Assembly (NCBI GenBank): GCA_002633005.1
Contig: NMRA01000052.1
Span: 1 to 64,000, forward strand
DNA length: 64,000 bases
Direction: 5' to 3'
Source: Phoronis australis
Lineage: Eukaryota > Animalia > Phoronida
The position numbers and the translations under genes are program-made. The notes below the pieces were generated by a model that was not told the origin of the DNA, ran no database searches, and saw only the letters and a program-made list of their open reading frames with translations. Positions 1 through 19,328 of the stretch are shown here, piece after piece (within the stretch, counting starts at the first letter, position 1; each line of letters begins with the position of its first letter).

Positions 1-192
1 CATTTGGTCAAAAATGACTCATTCCACATCAAGAAATTGCCTCATTTTGCCCCCCAGAACACTTCCCTTGTATCTCCTAAACCACGAAACTTTGTGGTGT
101 CATACTTCACCCAATTTCTCTCATCCCTAATGTGATTTATCAGACTAAACACGGATCTGAATGGCTGACCCCCCACCTTGCCGCTTGTTGGC

Positions 193-1047
193 TGTACAGT
201 GGTGTGGATCCGTGGACTGATACTTACATGTAAGTTCCACCGTGAGTTCCCGAGCTGCTACTTCGTGTTCTCTGGTAGTTGTATCACATTTACTCGCTGG
301 CAAGTCCAAGCGTTACGGGAGGTGCCCGAAGAACGTCTTCTGTTGGAGACTGATTCGCCTCACCTGTCCTTGCGCGAGCGACCTTACTATCCACAGTTTT
401 TTGGAGTAGTTGCTGAAGTAGTTGCCAAACATCGTGACGTTCCGGTGGCTAGGATCCTCCAGTAGACCACTTGGAACGCTCAGCGTCACTACAGACTTTA
501 GATCTGGGATTAGTAGCATAGTAGTGTATTTACATTAAATTTATATTTCGTTTCAGTGAAAATTAGAAGACTGTTTCAGGGATGCTCGTTCGCAGGTAGG
601 TCTGATCAGCTTCTGCAATATGATCATTAAAAAAATGAAATTTTGAGAATCCTACTATGCTACCTTGTTGTTTATTGTTGTTCGTTATTACATGCATATG
701 CTTTGTGTTTGTTACTTTTTTCATATGGTAGTTTATTTTTCTAAATAGTATATTTTTCTAGCAAACTTTATAACAACTTTTTCTAGTCAACAGAGATATT
801 TCATTTTTTTGTATCTTGGACCATGTAAATTGTGACCACTATTTTTCAAACAGCCCCAGTCACGTACTTCTGTGAAGAATTTAGTTTTTTATTGTTAATC
901 CGGCCACTTGAAATTTAGTTCATAGTATTTTTCTAGGGTAATTCATTATCTGTTATTTCTTGTATGTTAGACGTTGTTCAATACTTCTTGTGTTTCTTCA
1001 TTTAAGGGGGGTGTACTGTGGTCGGTGGATCCGTGGACTGATACTTA
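193..1047 (+). mobile_element. LTR-retroelement-like remnant: about 35-bp direct repeats flanking the TatD fragment
   Basis: TGTACAGTGGTGTGGATCCGTGGACTGATACTTA (193-226) recurs as TGTACTGTGGTCGGTGGATCCGTGGACTGATACTTA (1012-1047). The second copy directly follows a polypurine tract AAGGGGGG (1004-1011), the PPT-TG arrangement of a 3' LTR. No PBS or TSD is seen. Confidence 0.45.
233..500 (+). pseudogene. TatD-family DNase C-terminal fragment, 5'-truncated with a premature stop
   Basis: ORF 178..465 contains YFVFSGSCIT...ALREVPEERLLLETDSPHL...VVAEVVAKHRDVPVARILQ, matching the TatD C-terminal ETD(S/A)P motif. Read through the TAG at 463-465, the frame continues TTWNAQRHY, resembling the usual TatD end. 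No N-terminal metal-binding half is present. Confidence 0.75.
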
Positions 1048-1120
1048 ATTAGACTAATTATCTACAGCATCAAAAAATGTCACCAACAATGCTGATGTAT
1101 GAAAGGGTAAAAAGCTACAA

Positions 1121-2105
1121 TTTACACTATGCCAAAATCGAAAACATCTAGTTATTGACTACCACCAAGATTATGAACTTGCACGGGTTCGACATTTCTT
1201 CACCTTTTTTGCTTGCAATGGGGCAAAAAAGTGGAATTTTTTGTCATATTTCCCAGCAAAAATAAAAATGAGAAAATTTATTATTGGCTATATGGGCACT
1301 GCATCATAAAACAACAATAGTCAAAATTCCCAGTATTTGTAACTGAAGGAAATCAGTGTTTGAATAAATAGAAAAATGACAATTTTGATGATTATTTTTG
1401 TGTGTAATAAGTAAAGAAGTACCTTATACACAGTAAGACCGTCAATGTTTCTCATTGGCTAGTCTGGAAGGATAAGAGTTTAGTTTAAAGTCCCACCCAG
1501 CACTAATATGATCAAACCACTGAAGTCACCAACTTCAAACTTGAATAATTCAAGTATGAGATAGTGATGAATCATTGTAGCCGTTAATACAATCCTTGAA
1601 CTTCGTTTGGTTTATGGTATTGTCCAGTGTAATTGGTAACCTATATTCACTGTTTCAAAAAAAATACAAGAAAGGACTCCATTCTAAAACATGAACCAGA
1701 GATGGCGCTGCATGTGGCTTTGTCAGCATTGGTACCCAACAGGACTAGCATTTGTGCTTTTTCATTATAAAGGTAAATAGTGGTAACATGATTAGGGTTT
1801 GTTAACTGATCGTGTGGCTCATCATGATTTGTTATACAGGTAGTGTATGTTATAATGATGAGTAATTATTCATTTGGTCGCTGATGAGCACGATGAAAGC
1901 AAAATCACACGATGTTGTTACATGTAATTGATGTAGGTTTTTCCTATTTTTTCATGTGTACCCTTAAGTGGTATCCTGAACTTCTGTTTCATATACTGCT
2001 GTCGATTTAATGTGTTAATCATATGGATTAGCAATTAATAGTGCTCAATACGTAGGTGATATTCATGGCAGTCCTAATATAACCTCTGTGTAGAATGTTC
2101 TCCAG
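1121..2105. repeat. About 1-kb dispersed non-coding repeat, copy 1
   Basis: Colinear, same-orientation similarity to 25202-26160, e.g. GTAACTGAAGGAAATCAGTGTTTGAA, AAAGTCCCACCCAGCACTAAT, GTACCCAACAGGACTAGCATTTGTGCT. Confidence 0.85.
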
Positions 2106-2269
2106 ACTCGGGCGTCATACCTGCTTGTATCCGTGGCAAAAATGTGCATGTATGATGACATTCAAATACAGTGCAGAATGCTGGATTTCACAGGTCCACA
2201 AGCTATAAAAATTTTGGGGGCCATATCATTATCATTCCTTGTCATTTATTTCCACCCCAGCTCAGTAAA

Positions 2270-4120
2270 GAGATAGCTTTTAAATTCCAAGAGGTTGACG
2301 CTACTTTTGTTTGCCATCAACTCAAATCCATGGATGGCAATTCTGCTACTGGAATTGACGGCATAAGTACTAAAATCCTTAAAATACCTGCTATAACAAT
2401 CAGCCCATTACGTCAATCTATCATTGAAAACTTCAACTATACCACTTTTATTTTTAACAGCACAGCCCAGTCTTGCTTGATACGATCTCATTGAAGATTA
2501 GAGCAATTATCTAACAAAAGAGAGCTGGCCCTCCAACCATGAATGCCAGAATGGAGTTAATCAGTCGTGTAAGATATTGACTACATGGGTAAACTTCCCA
2601 ACTTGATGTTGGGCTATGGAATCGAACAAGCTGGGAGCAACGGGAAAACGCTGTAATGCGTCGTCAAATGGTGATCATGTTTAGTTTTTGAATCGCCAAA
2701 ATCGCCCAACTACTGCCGAAGTTACGATAATATATTCTTTCCGAACGTACCAATTCTCTCTGGGTTTGACTTGTGTTCACACGTGGTCTGTAATACATGT
2801 AAGTCTGGTAGATAAATGGCCTGCCTGTTCCCATACCAGACAAAAGACTGTGCTTGGAAGTTAACAAAGATGCTAGATGTTATCACATGCTCACAACCCT
2901 CTTGCAAAGTCACTGAACGGGAAAACGCCGTCGTGTTGACTGAGTCCAACTCTGGTGTCCAACCACTCCATTTAATATTAACGACTAACATTAGGGTCAC
3001 TGACCATATTTATAGAAATACAGATCAAGGTTTATTGACTGATGCTGTATTTATTGATCTACAGAAGGCATTTGACACCGTTGACCTGTTAAAGAAGCTT
3101 AAAGCCTATGGGGTCGTCGGTATCGAAGGCAAATGGTTTCAGGATTATCTTGGTGACAGAACTCATGATACCCATGTTGGCAAAGATATTTCTGATCTCA
3201 AATCTGTTAAAACAGGCGTTCCCGAGGGGTCAATATTGGGTTCCTTGCTATTTTGCATTTTTGTCAAAGCTCTTCCCTCAGTAATCCGAAATTCTAAGAT
3301 TGTTCTGTAGTATACAGATGACGCTACAATAGTGTCTGCAGGCAGTACCTCCTCTGAAAATCAGAGTAATCTCAGCTGTGATTTAGCAATCATTTCAGAT
3401 TGGCTCGTATCCAATAAATTATCTTTAAATTTGTCAAAAACTAAAACTCTTCAGTTGGGCACGTCACAAAGACTCAGAAACCAAACCCTGTCACTGAGTA
3501 TTGATGGAAGTCGAATTGAGAACGTGAGTTCCTTTGAATATGTGGGACTAGTATATGATCAACATCTTAAATTCTCTCACCACGTTGATTATATCTCGAA
3601 AAAGGTTTCTACGAAAATTGACATATTGAAACGCATCGGTAAATTTGTGAACAGAGTGACACTGAAACCCTTTTCAACCTCACCCAGATTATTGCCTCCC
3701 GGTCTGGTGCGTTGCATCAGACAAGGATATGAAAACCATCCAGGTTAACGAAAAAGGGCTGCCCGATTTATTCTGGGAACTGGTGTGATAGATATTAGCA
3801 TTAAAAACACTCATACGGAGAATGCAATAATAAAAATACACATATGACATAAATTCCTATCTTCTTGTTGTATGCACAAATGGTTTAAACGACTTGTCCC
3901 AGCATACTTAAGTGCTAAGTTTACGATGACTACTAATCGATACAATACTATGTTCTCATTGGCATCCAATTTCCTTCTTCCGAAACTCAAAAACGAAGCT
4001 GGAAAAAAATTCCTACAGCAAGCCCTATTTATGGAATACTCTCTCCTCTGATGCCAAATCTGCTACATCCGTGTTAACCTTTAGAAAAATTATAAGAAAT
4101 CAATTTAACTACATATAGGT
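2270..4120 (+). mobile_element. Degenerate non-LTR retrotransposon (CR1/L2-like) reverse transcriptase
   Basis: RT motifs are split across ORFs: ATGIDGISTKILK (2171..2494); AVFIDLQKAFDTVD, GVPEGSILGSLLF, stop, then YTDD (2816..3310); WLVSNKLSLNLSKTK and FEYVGL (3332..3748). Unrelated sequence interrupts it at about 2450-2975. A microsatellite tail follows. Confidence 0.9.
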
Positions 4121-4187
4121 GTGTTCTGACTTGCAAACTTACATTCAGTATCCCCAGATCAGACTATTTTTTCATTCATATCTATTT

Positions 4188-4189
<2 letters not shown>

Positions 4190-4225
<36 letters not shown>

Positions 4226-4320
4226 NTTGTATGTGTATGTATGTATGTATGTATGTATGTATGTATTCATGTATGTGTGTATATGTGAATTTACATGTGC
4301 GTATGTAGAAGTAAGACATA

Positions 4321-4369
<49 letters not shown>
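4190..4369. repeat. Compound microsatellite (TG)n-(TATG)n-(AT)n
   Basis: Directly visible simple repeats at the 3' end of the LINE fragment. Confidence 0.95.
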
Positions 4370-4374
<5 letters not shown>

Positions 4375-4667
4375 GTGGTATGTCTTACTTCTATTAACTA
4401 TTTGTTGTCTATTTTATATATTTATATTTAAGTTAATCAATATCATTGTTTTTCATTTTGTAATTCTGTTGGTTTGACTTACTGTCTTTCTATTATTTTC
4501 CATAAATATGTAATTGTTATTTATTTACCGTTTAAAATGGAGAATGATGGTATTTAGCATAATTGCATGAATAAAAGTGTTTGGATTACCTTATTCCAAA
4601 TGCGAACATCTCTACGAATCTAATGTTACTTTCCTGGTATTAAACGCCAGCAATTGTTCAAGCAAAC

Positions 4668-5536
4668 GGATTGTTCTGAAACCTACTCGACTAACAACCC
4701 CCCTGACCCACAACGCCCTCGACCCACAACCTCCTCAACCCACGACCCTCGATCCCCTCGACCCACGACCCAGTCTACACAAGCTGGAGTCGATCTAAAC
4801 GTAGATCAAGCCCTTACTTGTAGGACCAATGAGTTGGGCCGTGAGTTCGGCTGGCTTTTCCATGTTTTCTTGCCATTAAGGCAGTCGATTTGGCAAGTTT
4901 GAAATCTAAAAACAGAAAAAACAACGCGACCAAATCGAATCCAAGACCTACCCATCATTTACCAATATCGTTCCCGCCAGAGTGTAATCGTCTCGTCTGC
5001 TCTTAAGTGAATTGCAGATTCTGCTTTTTGGGGAGAGTGCAGGGAGACGACAAAACTGTTATTTTACCAGTAAATACAGTTTGAAAAAACAAACTGTTCA
5101 CTAAAAAATATTTCAACGTTATATGGAATATATTGTAGACGAGCATACAATATAAGGCAATTAGTAAAAATACGTAATTAAATTATGTACATTCACGTTA
5201 ACGAACCAGTACTACCTCCCTAAGTTTATTAGAACTGGGCTTTTGATAGCTGCTCGTGGAACTATTTCCGTCATAACGATAGCGCGCTCACAATGCGGTA
5301 TTCAAGACCACCGGCTTTCTCACGCCACTTTCTGTTTTTTAATCACCAGACTTCACCCAGAGTAGACGCGCTTGTAGGAATGTCTTATGGGAAAATCATC
5401 CAGCGACGTAATAAGATTATGAAATAAGTAAAAAGCTTACAAAAACCTCTATTGCCACAGGTCGTGGGTCGAGGGGGTTGTGGGTCGTGGGTCGAGGGGG
5501 TTGTGAGTCGTGGGTCGAGGTGGTTTCAAACAATCC
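4668..5536. mobile_element. Non-autonomous TIR element with 9-bp TSD (Mutator/MULE-like)
   Basis: Ends are GGATTGTTCTGAAACC... and ...GGTTTCAAACAATCC, with inverted subterminal arrays of CTCGACCCACGACCCACAA-type units (4685-4770 and 5460-5520). A perfect CAAGCAAAC duplication flanks it at 4659-4667 and 5537-5545. Confidence 0.8.
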
Positions 5537-5650
5537 CAAGCAAACACGTAGCCAATTACCAAATAAATAAAAACTGAAAGGTACATGTATGTATCGTGAC
5601 ATTTATTTTCGCATTCGCGTCAGTTACCTCTACATGTCACCAGAATTCTC

Positions 5651-13620
<7,970 letters not shown>

Positions 13621-13672
13621 TCTGTTGTCTACAGTGTTCAACAAATGTAGCAAAATGAGAATCTGAGACAGC

Positions 13673-13679
13673 TTATATA
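13673..13679 (-). promoter_or_regulatory. Candidate TATA box of the fibrinogen-domain gene
   Basis: TATATAA on the minus strand, about 55 nt upstream of the ATG at 13620. Confidence 0.5.
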
Positions 13680-16600
13680 CTCCTGCAGCTTGGGCAGACA
13701 TTGAACCTAACGCTTATCCTGCTGTACATCTGGTCAGACTACTTAACCAGGTCACCATTACGGCTGTATGTGCTGGGCTGTTTAATGAAGGTCGCGTACC
13801 CGGTAGTTTTTCGACCTGCCATTTTTAAGTAGGAAAGTGGTCAAAATGAATGTTGTTCAGTATCTAATAGAGATTTTAATTATATCTGGTATTACAGTTT
13901 TGACAAACGATAACATGGCAACAAACATTCAAAAATCATCATGTGCAGTTTCTACAGGTAATTCTTGAGTTTCATGGTTCAATAATAAGAATTTGTTTGC
14001 TGCGATATCACAAAATAAACAAGAAATTGTGAACATTATTTACAAATAAGAATTTAGATTAAGAACTCTTGCTCACAATGCACCAAAAACTCAAGTTCTT
14101 ACGCAATTCGTCTTTATATCTGTTATAATCTAAATGATCATTGTTCCTAGTCGTGAACTCTTCATCGGTGAAAAAGTCACAAAAATATCAAGTTCGGTGT
14201 TAGTTTCTTTTTGTTTGAAAGGCTTAGTATTGTGTGTGAAGGGCGTGAACCATGCACATCGTATACGCCCGCCCCCCCCCCCAGCTCCAATGTAAGCGCC
14301 TGTCACTTCATCCAAAGGAGCTCCAAAATCAGATTCATTGGAATCCGTGTTACAATTAATTTTCTAGTCGCTTTAACTTAACTTTCAAGTGCTAAAATGT
14401 CACTGTCAGAATCCATTTAAGACTCATCTAAAAATTGAACCTGAGTCGTCCTACTGTTTCTGGTTACAGTCGTTGTAAACTCTGTCAGCACACTTCCAAT
14501 AATTCACTAATAAACCTCAAAACTGTTACAGTAACGCAGAACTACAGTCGGGTAAATCATCAAAATCAAGATGGAAGTGTCAACGAGGTTTTTCAAAATA
14601 CTTAAATGAAAATCACAACTCGCCTAGGCTCTATCAAACAGTACAAATAAACAAACATAATACTTGACCATGAAATAGTCACAAAGTTTAGTGAAAAATG
14701 CTTTGTTGAAACAAACAGTGCCCATAAATTTCAGATATGTGTTTTAAAGATAACTTGTTTAAAAAAATTCAATGCATCACTTTTGGTAGCTTAGTAAATT
14801 ATGTCCTTGTAATAAAGGTAAAAGTGCAGTTAACATTATGTATAATTTGTACAACAATTATTGTAAAGGTTTTCCAATGACCACTTTCATTTAAAAAAGA
14901 ATGTAGTATTGGGGAAATAGGTCAGAAACACAAACAATCTAATCAAGTGAAAAGAATAAAACATCTTTCATTAGAATTCTACAACATTAAGCAACCACAA
15001 TCTTTTTACTTAATAAATGCTGCAGACATTTTATGTCTCACATATTTTAATATACTTAAAAGTCACTCGCACACTGACCTGGCAATATTATATTTTCAGA
15101 CTTTCGAAATTTATTTGCAGTTGATGCAAAAGGTATCAACTGTTACAACAATTGTGGTGGAACAAAAATATCCACTTATAATTTATCAGTGGTCTTCTAC
15201 ACGAGAGAACTTGTAATATTAAAGTTGTAACCACTCACAAAACGACTCATGAATGAGAAGTAGTCCTTTCAAAAATATTCAAAGGACTACCTTAACCCGC
15301 TTAATCAGCAATTATTTGAAAGTCCTAATGGTCGATTGGATGTCACCTGTATTACAAGCTGGCAGGAAGATTAACGTTTCGTCCATGCTATTGTCTCTCA
15401 CTTGTTCTTGTTCCCTAATATCCATTCCGTGTTTTTTAACTTTCTCTTCTGTCTTTAAACCGGCCATGGGAAACATAGCTTCATTTTTGTGTGGCCCTTT
15501 GTTTGTCACGGTAACTTTAATTCGCTGTTCCTCTGAGTGTACCTCCGCCCTAGCTAAGGTCATTGAAAACTACTTCTAGTAAAACAAAACTAAACGATAA
15601 TGGTAGAAATACGATGATTAAAAATAAGGAGACATAGTTTACCGAAAACTAAGTATCGTGTTTTCCCACCTATTCCTGTTGAATACGTGATCAAACATAA
15701 AACCCTCATATATATACTGACATATTCAATGTCATCACAATAATCTTTGGGGTTTAGAATAATTTAAAGAACCAAAAAACAGCAACTTGAGAAAGAAGCA
15801 CCTGCTAAACAAGTTCTAACCAAATTCTTGAATTCGCTATTATCTTCTGTTGCCATGAACAGATGTGACGTACAACTACATTGACTTATGGAGCCATCAT
15901 TTTGATACCAATTCATGGCAACGAAAGTTTCCCTTAAATGCGTGATTGTTGCATACAATTATGTTTACCCGTCATGCAGTATTGCTGACACGGTAATGGA
16001 CCTAATGGCTTCGTCTATATTTTGGCCCTGTGATTAAGTGGGCTGTGAAGTATTTCACAGGCCTTTCCCCAACTCAGTATCGGCTTTTTAATTTTGTATT
16101 TTACATATCATGTAATAAAAGCACCGCTACGCTATAAATGACGTCGTCGGTACACCTAAACACATTGTGAAATGTCCATTACAAAATTCAACAAAAGTTT
16201 ACAGCAAATTTTCTTTAAGCGTTTTGTTGAATTATTCTTGTTGTCAACAACATTTTGCATTTTTTAGCATTTACAGTGGTGTAGTAATCTTCAGAAAAAA
16301 ACAACAGAAAACTGATTTTTGAGCAATTATTTTTGTATAACATAGATAATCTCACATGGTGCATATTCCGTGAATAGAGGTACTGAAACATTATTGCTCT
16401 TTCCGGTGCCCCCTATGGGAAGTCTTTGGACATTGGAGTATTGGATGCATATTGGGGAGCTGTCAGTGATGGGCACCCTTAATGTTCCCCGGTGAATGTG
16501 AAATAGACCGATTACTATTCAGAAATTGCTGGGGCCATTGCCGTCAGAATAGTTGGGATTTTCTTACAGCAATCAGCGGTTTACTCAGGCCTCAGGGTAA

Positions 16601-17734
16601 TTTGTTCTTTCAAAGTCGTAGTGGTAATATTGTACATATACCCAGCATCTCGTTTGTCAAATCCCACAGTTGCTTCTTTTGTTCACCTCCTGATTATCCA
16701 AAAATGACTTGACAGATAAGGGATGTGCCGACAAAATTCGCTTTTCAGACAGATTCGACTATCGCAGCTTTCTTCATTGGCCATATTGGTTTTCAACAAG
16801 ACTCCTTCCTGTTTGGTTAATTGTTGGATTTGCTGACATAAGTCAATTTTAGAATGAATTTGACTTCTTTAGCATCAATAACCAATGATTGGGTTTTGAA
16901 CAAAGTCTTTCTTGTTTATTGATTTCTATCACATCGGCTCGATAGATTTTGGTGTAATTTGATGTGAGGGGTCAAATGCGACTGCCGTAACATCCCTTCT
17001 AAACGCTACTGTTGATAAACATGCAGTCAGAATGTCATTAAATTGTTATCTCCGTGGGTTGTTTTAAATTCACATTCAGTGCACAAGGAAGGTATTGATT
17101 TTGTTTTTAATGTGGCATGTCATAGTTGTTAAATTTGTTTTCAATTCCAGTTTTCTGCTGTTAGCTGTCCTCAGATGTTCGAAAAACGTTATCAAGGGGT
17201 CCTAGGTGGAGTAATGTTGGACTTTGTGAATGTAAGTAGCATTGTAATGTAAATAGTAGGTCGTAAAATCACGCCAAGGTGACAAGGTGATTCTTTAAAG
17301 TATTTTTGGGGGATTTTTGACTCAAATACTGGGAATGTCAAGAAGAGCCCGTTAGAGGCTCTTTCGAAATCGTCGATTTGACCTCATGCCCAACTGCCCT
17401 GTAATTCAGACATTGGCTTTCAATAAAATATTTGGCAAAAGAAAGGCTTCACTTTTTTGACAGCTTGTCTACTGTAACAGAATCTTCTGCTGTCAAGCGT
17501 TCAACTTGAAATATTTTAACGGTCCTTTTAAAGATGATAATTTGATAGAACATTGAAATCTTGTCCACATTTTACACACGCAAAGCTTTCCAGAAAGTGA
17601 CCCTTGAGCCCTATTACGTGATATAATGTTTCAATCTATACCCCAAAGGCAATTTCTCATCGCAGGATTCTCAGTCTCTTTGTTGCCTCCATTCGCCATT
17701 ACAAACAACATGAGAGGAGCAGGAAGCTGGCCAG

Positions 17735-17857
17735 TGTAGCTATATGCCAGGGAGGTTAGGCTCAAGGAAATAAGGTGCAGTTATGTGCCCTGAGAGGCTA
17801 GGCTCAAGGAAATAAGGTGCAGTTATGTTCCCTGAAAGGCTTGGCTCAAGGAAATAA
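17735..17857. repeat. 42-bp tandem repeat, about 3 copies
   Basis: GGCTCAAGGAAATAA starts at 17759, 17801 and 17843. Confidence 0.9.
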
Positions 17858-19328
17858 CCTCAATGTAATTTCTTAAGAGGAAGATGTGTAGTCATTATTA
17901 TATTGATAGCGTTTGACTCTGAAGACCTGTTGCTATTAGATTTTAAGTATCTGGCCTACCATTCATCCCACTTCCACCGTTGTTTGACGTCAGCAGTTGT
18001 TTATTTTCTAAATTTCCTCTTGTGATTTAAGTTTTCAGTCAAATATTGAACAAATGACGGAACACTAGCTTGGTTTAATGTCTCTTTTTGTTTCTCATTT
18101 AGCACACGTGGTCCTACTGCCACTGGATCGTTACACCATTGAAAATTGCCTCTACCACCTCGCATTCAAAATGGAGCAACTACTCAGCAAGAATAAAGTG
18201 CCGGTGAAAATGATTGTCAGACAACTTTCCAAGAGACAAAAGAATGGTGCCCATGATAAAGTTAATTGGCGGTATAATAGTCCAGGTAAAAACCATCGAG
18301 ATCATAATGTAATATTATTCAAGTACAAATCACTTCTCATCTTAGCAAGGATCAAGTTGAGGCCTACGGGTTCATAGCTGCTTTAAATTTTCGACACATA
18401 TTAAAGTACGTGTCTGACATTTATCTTAAAAGTCGACGGCTTTGTCACAACGAAAGGGTGCTCTCGTTGATTTCCTAAATTACGAAATGCATCAAAAATG
18501 ACCGAAATTTTTACTAGTTCCATAACCGAACACTAGATAGAGTACTAGTTGCTACACATTCCAGCAATGCTTTCTGCGCATGGAAAGAATAAACCACACT
18601 GTATACAATTTTATCAGCCTAACAATTAATACCAGTAGTTTTTTCTGTTAACGGATCAGCCACATGATATGCAAACAGCGTTTTGTCTTATTGCTGATTT
18701 GTCTTGTATTGCATGTAGTCCTTACAGTGGTCCTGTTGCCCAGAAGTCTGCTTGTGGGATAAACATTATGGCTCAGTTGTCTTTCTCAGTGGCCAGCAGT
18801 AAATGTTATTTTTTCAGACTGTCTGACCTCAGGACCAGACGACCTTGGGCATTTAATGTAATACTCTTGTAAAAATAGTCCTCATTGGGATTGCCGATCT
18901 GCGGAAATTACTCTTCCAAATCTACTAAATTGGAAAAGAATTTATGGTCATGGAGACGGTGGTCGTAGTAACGGTACGGCACTGATGTCCAGGTCAGCCA
19001 ACTGTTGGGGGCATTCTAAGTCCAGGATTATGGAATGTGTATAGTATGACAGACAAATGGAATTTTATTTTGTCAAATATCTCAACAAAGTAAATTTTAA
19101 GCAAATTTAACGAGGCTTATACTGTTAGTGTTGATGATTCCCGATTCGATTCGAGTCCGTTCTTATAAGACACACAACAGCCATCTTTTAGGAGGTCACT
19201 TCATATCTATTTTTCAGACAGAGGAGAGTGTACATCAAACAACACGCCATCTAGCGGTCGTAATACATAATCTATTACACCCTTCCCCTCAAGCTTGGAA
19301 AACTTAACTACAGGAACAACAAACAGTT

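Noticed and set aside
1881-1910. CTGATGA...AAAA motif (also about 25950) as a hammerhead ribozyme
   Set aside because: Both copies have AAAA instead of GAAA and lack convincing stems I-III.
4119-4477. ORFs with CV/YI repeats (similarly 11712..11933 and 48524..48877)
   Set aside because: These are translations of microsatellite or low-complexity DNA.
13621-13701. Upstream Met extension (MSAQAAG...) of the fibrinogen gene's exon 1
   Set aside because: It overlaps the TATA-like box, and the signal peptide starts at the ATG at 13620.
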